62,225 nucleotides of DNA from Gemmatimonadota bacterium. Lineage in GTDB: Bacteria > Gemmatimonadota > Gemmatimonadetes > Gemmatimonadales > GWC2-71-9. Positions 35,380-44,925 of the stretch are shown here, piece after piece. How positions within the stretch are numbered: the first letter of the stretch is position 1; the number at the start of each line of letters is the position of its first letter. The stretch covers positions 1 through 62,225 of the forward strand of contig JBDHDN010000001.1 of the NCBI GenBank assembly GCA_039591485.1. The letters are read 5' to 3'. Below the pieces are notes generated by a model, which ran no database searches, was not told where the DNA came from, and saw nothing but the letters and a program-made list of their open reading frames with translations. Position numbers and translations under genes: made by a program.

Positions 35380-35740
35380 TGCTGTCCCTCTCCTGCAACC
35401 TGCCGTGGACTCTCGTGCCCCGGCGTGCCACCCGTGGCCTGCCGGGGCCCAAATCTAACCATACCGAGCATGGCAACGAAGAGGTCACGGCCAGGCGAAG
35501 GACCGACACTTATCCGACGCCAGCGCACTCCAGCGGCGCAGGGGACACGGCTTCTGTGCGCCGCCAGCACGCGTATCCAACCTGTTCGTCGGTCCGGCTC
35601 TTCGCGACGACCGCACGGTCGCTGGGCTTGTGACCAATTCCATAGGCGGCTAGCTTCCCGGCCCTCGCATGAAGACGTCTTTAGACGGGAGACTCGTACA
35701 CTCCCTCAACCTGATGCCAATCCCAAGGAGACAACCATCT

Positions 35741-37306
<1,566 letters not shown>

Positions 37307-37340
37307 TTCCACTGACCTGCGACGCACCGAGCGTGAGTTG

Positions 37341-37364
37341 GGGGCGGCAGGAAACTGCCGCCCC
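37341..37364 (+). terminator. Intrinsic terminator-like hairpin after arylsulfatase 1
   Basis: The 10-bp GC stem GGGGCGGCAG/CTGCCGCCCC closes a GAAA tetraloop and is followed by TGCGCTTTG. It lies 35 nt after the sulfatase stop. Confidence 0.6.
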
Positions 37365-37399
37365 TGCGCTTTGCCACACGCACCAAAAGGAGAGTCACG

Positions 37400-38398
37400 A
37401 TGTCACGCCACATCACCGTGCGGCTCACTGCTGCCGTGTGTGCACTGGCCGCTGCAGCATGCACGCCGGCTGCGGAGTCGGACCCGCTGCCCTCCTGGAA
37501 CGAGGGCACGGCGAAGACGAACATCGTCGCCTTCGTCCGCTCCACCACTGACTCGACCGCTGCCGCGTTCGTACCACCGGCCGAGCGGATTGCCGTATTC
37601 GACAACGACGGCACGCTGTGGGCCGAGCAGCCGATGTACTTCCAGCTGGCATTCGCCATCGACCGCGTGCGGGAGTTGGCGCCCGACCATCCCGAGTGGT
37701 CCACGCAGATGCCGTTTGCCGCGATCGTGTCTGGTGACACCGAGGCTCTGGGGAGACTCACGGAGCATGACATCGTCGAGATCGTCACGGCTACCCACTC
37801 GGGGATGACCGTCGACGCGTTTCAGGCAGCGGTCGCAGACTGGCTCGCGACTGCGCGCCATCCCCGGTTCGATCAGCCGTACACGGCGCTGGCCTACCAA
37901 CCGATGCTCGAGCTGCTCGAGTACCTCCGAGCCAACGGATTCAAGACGTTCATCGTGTCCGGGGGCGGCATCGACTTCATGCGCGTCTTTGCGGAGGACG
38001 TCTACGGCATTCCCCCGGAGCAGACGATTGGGTCGATGGGCGCCATCGCCTTCGAGATGCGGGACGACGGGCCGGTGCTGGTGAAACAGCCGGGCGTCGA
38101 CTTCATCGACGACAAGGAAGGCAAGCCCATCGGCATCGCCCGCATCATCGGCCGCCGGCCGATCGCAGCGTTCGGCAACTCGGATGGCGACCTCGCGATG
38201 CTGCAGTACACCGCCGCCGGACAGGGCGCACCGCTCATGGTCTACATCCACCACGACGATGCCGACCGCGAGTGGGCCTACGATCGCGAGTCGCACATCG
38301 GTCGGCTGGATCAGGGACTCGACGAGGCGGCGGAGCGCGGCTGGACGGTGGTGTCGATGCGCACCGATTGGACGAGGGTGTTCAGCTTCGAGGAGTAG
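37400..38398 (+). CDS. HAD-superfamily (HAD-IB-like) hydrolase lipoprotein
   Basis: Track ORF of 332 aa with lipobox ALAAAAC, HAD motif I VFDNDGTLW, motif II/III ..IVSGGG.. and ..FGNSDGDLAML... An AAGGAG RBS is present. Confidence 0.75.
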   Translation: MSRHITVRLTAAVCALAAAACTPAAESDPLPSWNEGTAKTNIVAFVRSTTDSTAAAFVPPAERIAVFDNDGTLWAEQPMYFQLAFAIDRVRELAPDHPEWSTQMPFAAIVSGDTEALGRLTEHDIVEIVTATHSGMTVDAFQAAVADWLATARHPRFDQPYTALAYQPMLELLEYLRANGFKTFIVSGGGIDFMRVFAEDVYGIPPEQTIGSMGAIAFEMRDDGPVLVKQPGVDFIDDKEGKPIGIARIIGRRPIAAFGNSDGDLAMLQYTAAGQGAPLMVYIHHDDADREWAYDRESHIGRLDQGLDEAAERGWTVVSMRTDWTRVFSFEE

Positions 38399-38469
38399 CC
38401 GGGGCCGGCGGCGGCACCGGCCCGCGGGTACGAGTGTAAGCGCTTGTCGGACAAAGCGTTAGGAAGCGC

Positions 38470-38895
38470 GACGCAAGGCTCGGCACGGGATTCTCGAAGC
38501 TTCGAATGCCGCACTCCACGCTTCGAGCGGCGCGATTCAAGGCTCGACCGACTCGGTTGAAGCTTGGAGTTGGCCGGTTCAAGCTTGGATCAGCTCTCCC
38601 GAAGCTTCGCGGGTGCGGTCCGGAAGCTCGAATGCCCTGATCGAAGCTTGGAATAGGTCATCCAAGCTCCCGGAGGGCGCTCGTCGCGGTTGGAGTGTGC
38701 TGCTTGCAGCTTCGACCGGGTCGCTCGAAGCTTCGAGTCGGCCGTTTCAAGCTTCGACCGGCTCACTCCAAGCGTCGAGAGGGCCGTCTCAAGCCGCGGG
38801 CAGGCCGGGCCAAGCGTCGGCCGGCCCCGCCCAAACCTGCGGTCGGCCGGTCACTGCTCGGGGCGGGCCGATCCGCCCTGGGGGTTGCGCTTGAG
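38470..38895. repeat. Tandem array of about 20 copies of a 21-bp unit with a palindromic AAGCTT core
   Basis: AAGCTT-like cores sit at 38475, 38497, 38518, 38539, 38560, 38581, 38602, 38624, 38644, 38664, (degenerate ~38686), 38707, 38728, 38749, 38770, 38791, 38812, 38833, 38854 and 38875. Perfect palindromes are TCGAAGCTTCGA (38494-38505) and CTCGAAGCTTCGAG (38724-38737). Units degrade toward the 3' end. Confidence 0.85.
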
Positions 38896-38995
38896 AGGTG
38901 AGTGCACCGTTGCCATCGCTTCCTCCGGCAAGCCGCACTGTAGCTCCCCGCGGGGACTGCGTGCGCCGGTCGAGGGCCGCGCATTAGGTTCGGAT

Positions 38996-39385
38996 ATGCC
39001 GAACCGCGCGGGAGACTGGCTCACACAAGCTCGCCGAGATCTCGAGTTGGCTCGACACGCGGCGGACGGCGGATTCCACGAGTGGGCCTGCTTCGCAGCC
39101 CAGCAAGCGGCCGAGAAGGCAGTCAAGGCTCTCGTCGCCGCTCTCGGCGGCGAGGCGCGGGGGTACTCCATCGTGGCCATGGCCACGCTGCTTCCGACCC
39201 CTCCCGGGTTTCCGGCCGACCTCCTGGATCGCGCGAGGCAACTGGACCGGCATTACATCTCCACGCGATACCCCAACGGGTTCGCCGAGGGTGCCCCCAA
39301 GGATTACTTCACACCGCAGGATGCTGACGAGGCGGTGAACAATGCCGAATGGGTTCTCACCTACTGCGCCGGTCACGGTTCTTGA
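38996..39385 (+). CDS. HEPN-domain protein (toxin-like component of a HEPN-MNT pair)
   Basis: The 129-aa product starts at MPNRAGDWLTQARRDLELARHAADGGFHEWACFAAQQAAEKAVKAL.. and carries the R-x4-H-type motif RQLDRHYISTRYP. The 5' extension of the track ORF through the repeat array was rejected. Confidence 0.8.
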   Translation: MPNRAGDWLTQARRDLELARHAADGGFHEWACFAAQQAAEKAVKALVAALGGEARGYSIVAMATLLPTPPGFPADLLDRARQLDRHYISTRYPNGFAEGAPKDYFTPQDADEAVNNAEWVLTYCAGHGS

Positions 39386-39743
39386 TGCACGCGCGGTGGT
39401 CGGGCGACTCAGGGCGGTAGCGCAGGCGCTCTGCGCACGCGACCCCAACGTCGTCGCGGTCGTCCTGTTCGGATCACTGGCGCACGGTATCCCCACGCCG
39501 GCCAGCGATGCCGACCTCCTCGTCGTCCTGCGCAGCGATGCGAGACGCGTGCTTGACCGCATTCCGGATTGGACGCGGCCGTTCGAGACTCCTGGCCTCG
39601 CCATCCAGATGTTGCCATGGACCCTCGACGAGTTGCGCCGGCGACTCGCGGCCGGTCAGCGATTTGCCCGCGAGGTCATCGAGACCGGTATCGTCTTGGG
39701 GGGAAGCTTGCCCAAGGACTCGGGTCCGCGCAGCGACTCCTAG
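39342..39743 (+). CDS. Minimal nucleotidyltransferase (MNT, antitoxin-like component)
   Basis: Track ORF of 133 aa with the NTase motif VVLFGSLAHGIPTPASDADLLVVL. It overlaps the HEPN gene by 44 nt if the ATG at 39342 is used. Confidence 0.8.
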   Translation: MPNGFSPTAPVTVLDARAVVGRLRAVAQALCARDPNVVAVVLFGSLAHGIPTPASDADLLVVLRSDARRVLDRIPDWTRPFETPGLAIQMLPWTLDELRRRLAAGQRFAREVIETGIVLGGSLPKDSGPRSDS

Positions 39744-39744
39744 C

Positions 39745-39784
39745 CGTCGGACCGTCTTACCGTCCTACCGCCCTACCACCCTTC
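39745..39784. repeat. Octanucleotide tandem repeat (about 5 units, CGYCYTAC)
   Basis: CGTCGGAC CGTCTTAC CGTCCTAC CGCCCTAC CACCCTTC fills the 42-nt convergent spacer between the MNT stop (39743) and the porin stop (39786). Confidence 0.6.
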
Positions 39785-39785
39785 G

Positions 39786-41012
39786 TCACATCGAGATGTC
39801 CCACTGCATCCGGAAGCGCCAGCCGTCTTCGCGGTCGGTAGCCTCTTCGCCGAACGCGAACAGCGACGCCTCGGCGGTGAGCTTGTTCAAGTGTCCCCGG
39901 AAGAACCAGTTGACCGCGAAGGAGAGCTCCTGCTGGAGATCGTTGGGGAGAGCGGTGTTGGGATTGTAGAACGCGTGGCGCACTGCCAGCTCGAGCTGGG
40001 GTGGAATCGCCGAGGTGACCCCGTGCAGGAAGTAGCCGACCTGGGCGTAGTTTCCGATCAGCGTCGTGACCGTCGCGTTCACCTCGTCGTCAATGCGCTT
40101 CCAGTGGAACTCCTGTTGCCACGAGAGGCCGCGGTACATGAACGCGGTTTCGGCGAGCCACTGGTATACCCGATACTGACCCCGCTGCCCCTCCGGGAAC
40201 CCCTCGAGCTGGCCGCCGCCATCCTGCGAGAAGCGGGTGTACGGGCTGCGGTTGGTCACGGCGGCAAGCGCGATCAGTGCCTCCGGCTCGTCACGCCCAG
40301 CAACATCCGATCCCGTAAACGGGAGCACGCGGCCGAACAGGTTCCACTGCAGCCGGCCCATCCACATGAGGTACTTGTCGTCGTTCTCGGTGGCGCCCCG
40401 ACCCATGCCGGTGAACACCGAGGCCCAGTAGCTGACGTCCGCGCCGCCACCCCCGCGTAGCCTGCCATACAGAGAGAGTCCCTGCTGGCGGTCCAGCGTG
40501 AACGGCCGGGTGAGGAGCGAACGGTCGGCCATCTGTTGCTGTCCCGAGGAAATCACCCGCTCCCGATTGTAGTGCGCCTTCCACTGGCCTGCCTTGAGCT
40601 TCAGCCCGGGGAATCGCTCCACCATGACGCGGAAGTCCAGCAAGTTGGACGCGGCCAGCTCGTACTCGAAGAAGTAGCCGAGCCAGGGCCGGTACGCGTG
40701 CCCGCCGATCTTGAGCCGGGCACGGTTCACCTTGAACACGTGCTGTGGATCGCCCTGGAAGTCCTCGAGGGTGGCCGAGCTCTGATCCCGCGGGTAGGCG
40801 TAGCGGAACTGCACCCGCGGCTGGATCTGAATCAGAAAGTTGCCGTCTCGCGAGCGGAGCTCGAAGCCCTTGCTGCCCCACCCAACGAGCGGGATCGTGT
40901 CCCCGGCTGAGGCACCGTCACCGGTCGATTGCGCGGCGGCCGGCGACACCACCCAGGCCGCTCCCACCAGAACGGCGATGGCAACACGCATGATGCGGCG
41001 GTGGTATGACAT
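39786..41012 (-). CDS. Phosphate-selective porin O/P family outer-membrane channel
   Basis: Start at MSYHRRIMRVAIAVLVGAAWVVSPAAAQ. Family pattern ..FELRSRDGNFLIQIQPRVQFRY..RARLKIGGHAY..WKAHYNRER..; the C-terminus is ..WRFRMQWDISM. An alternative start lies at 40991. Confidence 0.8.
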   Translation of the reverse strand: MSYHRRIMRVAIAVLVGAAWVVSPAAAQSTGDGASAGDTIPLVGWGSKGFELRSRDGNFLIQIQPRVQFRYAYPRDQSSATLEDFQGDPQHVFKVNRARLKIGGHAYRPWLGYFFEYELAASNLLDFRVMVERFPGLKLKAGQWKAHYNRERVISSGQQQMADRSLLTRPFTLDRQQGLSLYGRLRGGGGADVSYWASVFTGMGRGATENDDKYLMWMGRLQWNLFGRVLPFTGSDVAGRDEPEALIALAAVTNRSPYTRFSQDGGGQLEGFPEGQRGQYRVYQWLAETAFMYRGLSWQQEFHWKRIDDEVNATVTTLIGNYAQVGYFLHGVTSAIPPQLELAVRHAFYNPNTALPNDLQQELSFAVNWFFRGHLNKLTAEASLFAFGEEATDREDGWRFRMQWDISM

Positions 41013-41833
41013 CAGCGCGAGATCACCGCCACCTCGCGCGATCCGAGCGGCTGGACCGGCCGGTTGTTCGCCGGCATTGCAGCATCGAGCGCCGCTATCT
41101 GCTCGGCGGACGCTCGCAGTGGCTCGGTGAGCACCGCCCAATGCACTCCTTCCGAGCAGGGCGGCGTGGTGAGCGATCCCTCATAGCGATAGTACTCGTC
41201 CCCACTGGTGATGAACGCGTCAACGTCGATCTCGACGTCCTCGAAGTGGCGCTCCTCGCCGGCTGCCGAGGGGAGGCCTTCGATGAGGGCGTCGAACACC
41301 AGATTGGGCTCACCCTCCTCGACGAACACCCCGAGCACAGCCAGCTCGCCGGCTTGCGCACGGTGGACCAGATGCAGCTCCATCGGATAGTGCCGGCCAT
41401 CGATCGTGTGCTCCGAGGGAGCATGGAAGTGAAACTGCAGCAGCTCGTACTCGATCCCCCCCGCGGTCAGCGTCCTCCCCTCGTCATACGTGACCTGGAT
41501 GGTATGGCCGTTGTCGAGGATGTCGACCACGTGCTCGTGCCGGGCGATCGAGAGCGCGCCGGTGCCGTAATCCCACATGAGCCCGGTTCCCTCTCCCGCC
41601 GCCATCGGCAGGGCCTCACCCAGATCGATCGGCGACTGCATGGTTCCGTTGGCGCACAGCGCAAAGTCGTCACTCAACTCGGCCCAGTGCTCGGGCCCCT
41701 CGTCTCCCTCATAGCCCCACTGCAGTGTCGCTCCATGCTCCTGATCCGCCTCCTCCGCAGCTCCACACCCCAAAAAACCGAGCATGAGCACGGTGCCGAC
41801 CGCACAGGCAATACCACGCGTCATGTGGCTCAT
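41012..41833 (-). CDS. Alpha-class carbonic anhydrase lipoprotein
   Basis: Track ORF of 273 aa with lipobox LGFLGCG; WGYEGDEGPEHW, QSPIDL, QFHFHAPSEHTIDGRHYPMELHLVH and SLTTPPCSEGVHW are present. A GGAGGAG RBS is present. Its stop shares one base with the porin ATG. Confidence 0.9.
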   Translation of the reverse strand: MSHMTRGIACAVGTVLMLGFLGCGAAEEADQEHGATLQWGYEGDEGPEHWAELSDDFALCANGTMQSPIDLGEALPMAAGEGTGLMWDYGTGALSIARHEHVVDILDNGHTIQVTYDEGRTLTAGGIEYELLQFHFHAPSEHTIDGRHYPMELHLVHRAQAGELAVLGVFVEEGEPNLVFDALIEGLPSAAGEERHFEDVEIDVDAFITSGDEYYRYEGSLTTPPCSEGVHWAVLTEPLRASAEQIAALDAAMPANNRPVQPLGSREVAVISR

Positions 41834-41950
41834 GTCATCTCCTCCTCAACGGTTTGTCGACCAGACATCGCGCAGCGCTCGCGAGAACCGCGAGAGAGAG
41901 CACGGGCTCGCAACGCAGCGCGCGGAGTGTCATGGGTGCACGGGATGGTG

Positions 41951-43333
41951 TCACGAGGTGCGCGGATTCAGCGGGGGTAGTGCCGTGGCCGATACACTCC
42001 GCAATCGCTTCATCGCTCGCTTGCGTGCCCGCGCCACCGCCTGCACCAGACCATCAGCATCCCACGTGGCGTCCGCAGTGTCGTCCCGGTAGCGGACCGC
42101 CAGCAGGCCTTCGTACGACCGGGCCAACTGGACATCCCCGGTAGCGACGATCCAATCGGACACCGCCGCCGAGTCACTCGCGCTGCGCGCGCGGTCGTAC
42201 CAGGCCGTGAGCGCTCTGAGCGATGCCACGGGATCGCCGCCGCGTGCGGCCTCACGAAACCTGTCGAAGTACGCCGGCTCCGACTCGGCCCGTGCGGCCC
42301 TCGCGGCGCGCCACGCTCGTATCCACCGCGCACCGTGACGCCGCCAAATCCGTACACCGACCCAGACCACCGCCACCAGCCCCAACACCCAGATCCCGTA
42401 ACGGCGCAGTATGCCGACGAGATCGATGCGCGGGGACGCTTCGGCCGAGGTGGCCTCCGACTCCGCCGAATCGACCGCGAGCGCGAACGGTGACGCCGCA
42501 ATTGCCGGGAGCACGACGAATGTCTCGGGACCAACCACCGCCGTGCGCATACGCCCCGCGTTCACATCCCACCAGCGAAGCTCGACGCCGGGTACCTCGT
42601 ACTCACCCTCCGCGAGCGCCACGAACGTGACCGCCTCCGACCGCGTGCCGACGATCCGCTCGCCGCGCTCGCCACCCTGATCGTCCACCAGTGGAGGGTC
42701 AGCGTACACGGCGAGCCCCGCGATGGAATCGGCACCCATGGGCGGGACGACCATGGCTAGGGCGTCGTTCACCGTCGCGGTAACGGTCCGCGTGAAGGCA
42801 TCCCCGACGTGCAGCGTGTCGGGCACGGGATCGTAGCTGGCCGTGAGCGACAGCCGAGACGTGGAAATGAAGTACGGCAGTCCCTCCGCCTCCGGCGGCA
42901 GCACCGCCTCGAACGCGATCGCCGGCGGTGCCACCGTAGCGGTCGTGCGGCCCTCGCTGTCGTCGAAGTAGGGAACCGTGACCGAAATCCCGTCGACGCG
43001 AAACGCGCCGGGCCGCTGCGGATAGACCACGTACGAGCGACTCTGGCCGGCAAACGTCGCGCGTCCGACCCGCTCGGTGAAGTTGGTGCCGCGATCCTCG
43101 AACAGGGTCAGCGCGTCGGGCACGTCCAGCGGCGAGAACCGCGGTCCGCCCGTGAAGTAGGACGGCACCAGCACCTCGACCGTGATGCGCAGCGGTTGGC
43201 CCACGGTCACCGTTCGGCCGGGGTCGAGACGTGCTCGTGCGAACGGTCTGCCGTCCTCTTGCGCACCTCCGGGCACCGCGATCGCCACGGCAAGCGCCCC
43301 CAGGACTGCCGGTCGGACGAGCGACCGCTTCAC
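41951..43333 (-). CDS. batD: BatD-like protein (oxygen-tolerance operon family)
   Basis: Track ORF of 460 aa with a signal peptide; ..VTVGQPLRITVEVLVPSYF..YVVYPQRPGAFRVDG.. is present, with a C-terminal TM segment. It is the last gene of the MoxR/VWA operon. Confidence 0.7.
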   Translation of the reverse strand: MKRSLVRPAVLGALAVAIAVPGGAQEDGRPFARARLDPGRTVTVGQPLRITVEVLVPSYFTGGPRFSPLDVPDALTLFEDRGTNFTERVGRATFAGQSRSYVVYPQRPGAFRVDGISVTVPYFDDSEGRTTATVAPPAIAFEAVLPPEAEGLPYFISTSRLSLTASYDPVPDTLHVGDAFTRTVTATVNDALAMVVPPMGADSIAGLAVYADPPLVDDQGGERGERIVGTRSEAVTFVALAEGEYEVPGVELRWWDVNAGRMRTAVVGPETFVVLPAIAASPFALAVDSAESEATSAEASPRIDLVGILRRYGIWVLGLVAVVWVGVRIWRRHGARWIRAWRAARAARAESEPAYFDRFREAARGGDPVASLRALTAWYDRARSASDSAAVSDWIVATGDVQLARSYEGLLAVRYRDDTADATWDADGLVQAVARARKRAMKRLRSVSATALPPLNPRTS

Positions 43334-44925
43334 CTGTCACCTCCACCCTGCGTCGCTGCCTCGGTGGCAAACCGCCACCGCAGGAAATCCGCAGGCGATG
43401 TCTGCAGCCGGCGCATCCACATCTCGGCGATCTGCTCGTCGGACAGCAGGCTCATCTCCACTTCACCCATCTCGCCCCGATGCGCCCGATCGTCGACACG
43501 GACTTCATCGGGATCGAACGACGGCGGGGTGCCCGGTTGCCCTTGCGGCTCCGGCTCCGGCGGTTGCTCCAGCACCGCTGCCACCAGCTCGCGGTTGTGC
43601 CGGGCCTCGTCCCAGTCGGGCCGGGCCGCCAGCGCCTCGTCGTACACCGCCACCGCGTCCTCATACAGCCCCAGGCGCGCGAAGGTATTGCCCAGGTTGT
43701 ACGCGGCCTCCGGAGTGCTCATGCGCCCGAACTGCGCCGCGGCGAGATCGAGATTGCCCGCCCGGTATGCGGCCACGCCCCTCCACAAGGGATCGTCGAA
43801 CCGCGCCGCGGCATCCGCATACGACCCCGCCTCGTAGAGCCGGCGCGCCTGTTGATCCCGCGTCCACCAGAGATCGGCGAACGTCGTGTCTCCGGTGCAA
43901 CCCTGCAGCGCGAAGACGAGGAGGAACGCGGCCCATCGCACGGTCCACCCGCGGCGGAACCACAGGAGGCCGAGCAGGGTGACGGGGAACAACAGGTAGT
44001 AGCCCATGTCGCGCCAGCGGGCCGTCTCGTATTCCTGCTGCACCTGCCGCAGGTGGCTCTGCACGCGGCGCTGTACCTGCCGGACGTCGCGGTCATCCAC
44101 CGTGATGCTCGCGACATACACCCCGGCTCTGCTGCGCAACGCTTCCAGACCCGTGCGATCAAGCGTCGCCACCACGCGACGCCCGTTGGGGTCGGTCGCA
44201 AAGCTCCCGTCGGACCGGCGCACCGGGCCGCCGTTTTCGGTCCCGACCGCCAACACGATCACCTGATCCCGACTGCTGGCATCGTGTGCCGCGAATGCCT
44301 CGGCATGCTCTTCGCCGATCCCGTCGGTCAGGAAGAGGATAGTCCCGGTCACGGAGTCCGTCTCCAGGATCGCCTGGGCCAGCGCCAGTGCGGCCGTGGC
44401 ATCCTTGCCCCGGTTCGGCATGATCCCGGTTTCCAAAGCGGCGAGAAAGCTCTCGAAGATCGACGGATCGTCGGACAGCGGGAGCACCGTGTGCGCGGTC
44501 CCGGCGTACACGATGAGCGCCGTGCGAGCCCCCGGGCGGGCCTGCAACAGATCACGCACCTTCTGCTTGGCCCGCTCCAGCCGAGAGGGCTGGATATCGA
44601 CCGCATCCATGGACGGCGACAGGTCGAGGGCCACGACCAACGGTGCAGCATCCTCGGCAAAGGGCGAGACCTCTCGCTCCCAGGTCGGACCGGCGAGGCC
44701 GATGCAGCCGAGCGCCGTGAGCAGTGAGATCAAGTGAATCGGCCGGAATTGGAAACCGCGTCTCCCGCCGGTCGTGAGATGCGGCAGCAGGTGCGCATCG
44801 ATGACGCCCTTCCATTGGCGCTGGATGCTGCCCTGGTAGCGGATGACCATGTAGAGCAGCACGCTGGGTATGAGGCCCAACAGCCACAGCGGGCGGAGGA
44901 AGTGCAGCGCGCCGAGGTCAAGCAT
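43330..44925 (-). CDS. batB: VWA-domain protein fused to TPR repeats (BatB plus BatC-like)
   Basis: Track ORF of 531 aa with two N-terminal TM segments, VWA MIDAS LDLSPSMDAVD and C-terminal TPR repeats (AYNLGNTFARLGLYEDAVAVYDEAL). Confidence 0.8.
   Translation of the reverse strand: MLDLGALHFLRPLWLLGLIPSVLLYMVIRYQGSIQRQWKGVIDAHLLPHLTTGGRRGFQFRPIHLISLLTALGCIGLAGPTWEREVSPFAEDAAPLVVALDLSPSMDAVDIQPSRLERAKQKVRDLLQARPGARTALIVYAGTAHTVLPLSDDPSIFESFLAALETGIMPNRGKDATAALALAQAILETDSVTGTILFLTDGIGEEHAEAFAAHDASSRDQVIVLAVGTENGGPVRRSDGSFATDPNGRRVVATLDRTGLEALRSRAGVYVASITVDDRDVRQVQRRVQSHLRQVQQEYETARWRDMGYYLLFPVTLLGLLWFRRGWTVRWAAFLLVFALQGCTGDTTFADLWWTRDQQARRLYEAGSYADAAARFDDPLWRGVAAYRAGNLDLAAAQFGRMSTPEAAYNLGNTFARLGLYEDAVAVYDEALAARPDWDEARHNRELVAAVLEQPPEPEPQGQPGTPPSFDPDEVRVDDRAHRGEMGEVEMSLLSDEQIAEMWMRRLQTSPADFLRWRFATEAATQGGGDR

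Noticed and set aside
38613-38894. 93-aa ORF (and the 5' extension of ORF 38690..39385) encoding heptad peptide repeats such as GSLEASS RPFQAST GSLQASR
   Set aside because: The peptide periodicity is a direct consequence of the 21-bp DNA repeat. Third-position GC is about 65% by my count, with no coding bias. No RBS is present. The HEPN domain begins cleanly at the ATG at 38996.
38470-38895. Possible CRISPR array
   Set aside because: The period is only 21 bp, and units abut each other without unique spacers. The units are degenerate rather than identical. No cas genes or leader are present.
41870-41950. Apparent GTG-rich periodicity (GTGTCAT GGGTGCA CGGGATG GTGTCAC) upstream of the carbonic anhydrase gene as a sixth heptamer array
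   Set aside because: The GTG spacing is irregular (9-12 nt), and the units do not match the NYGNAGA consensus.
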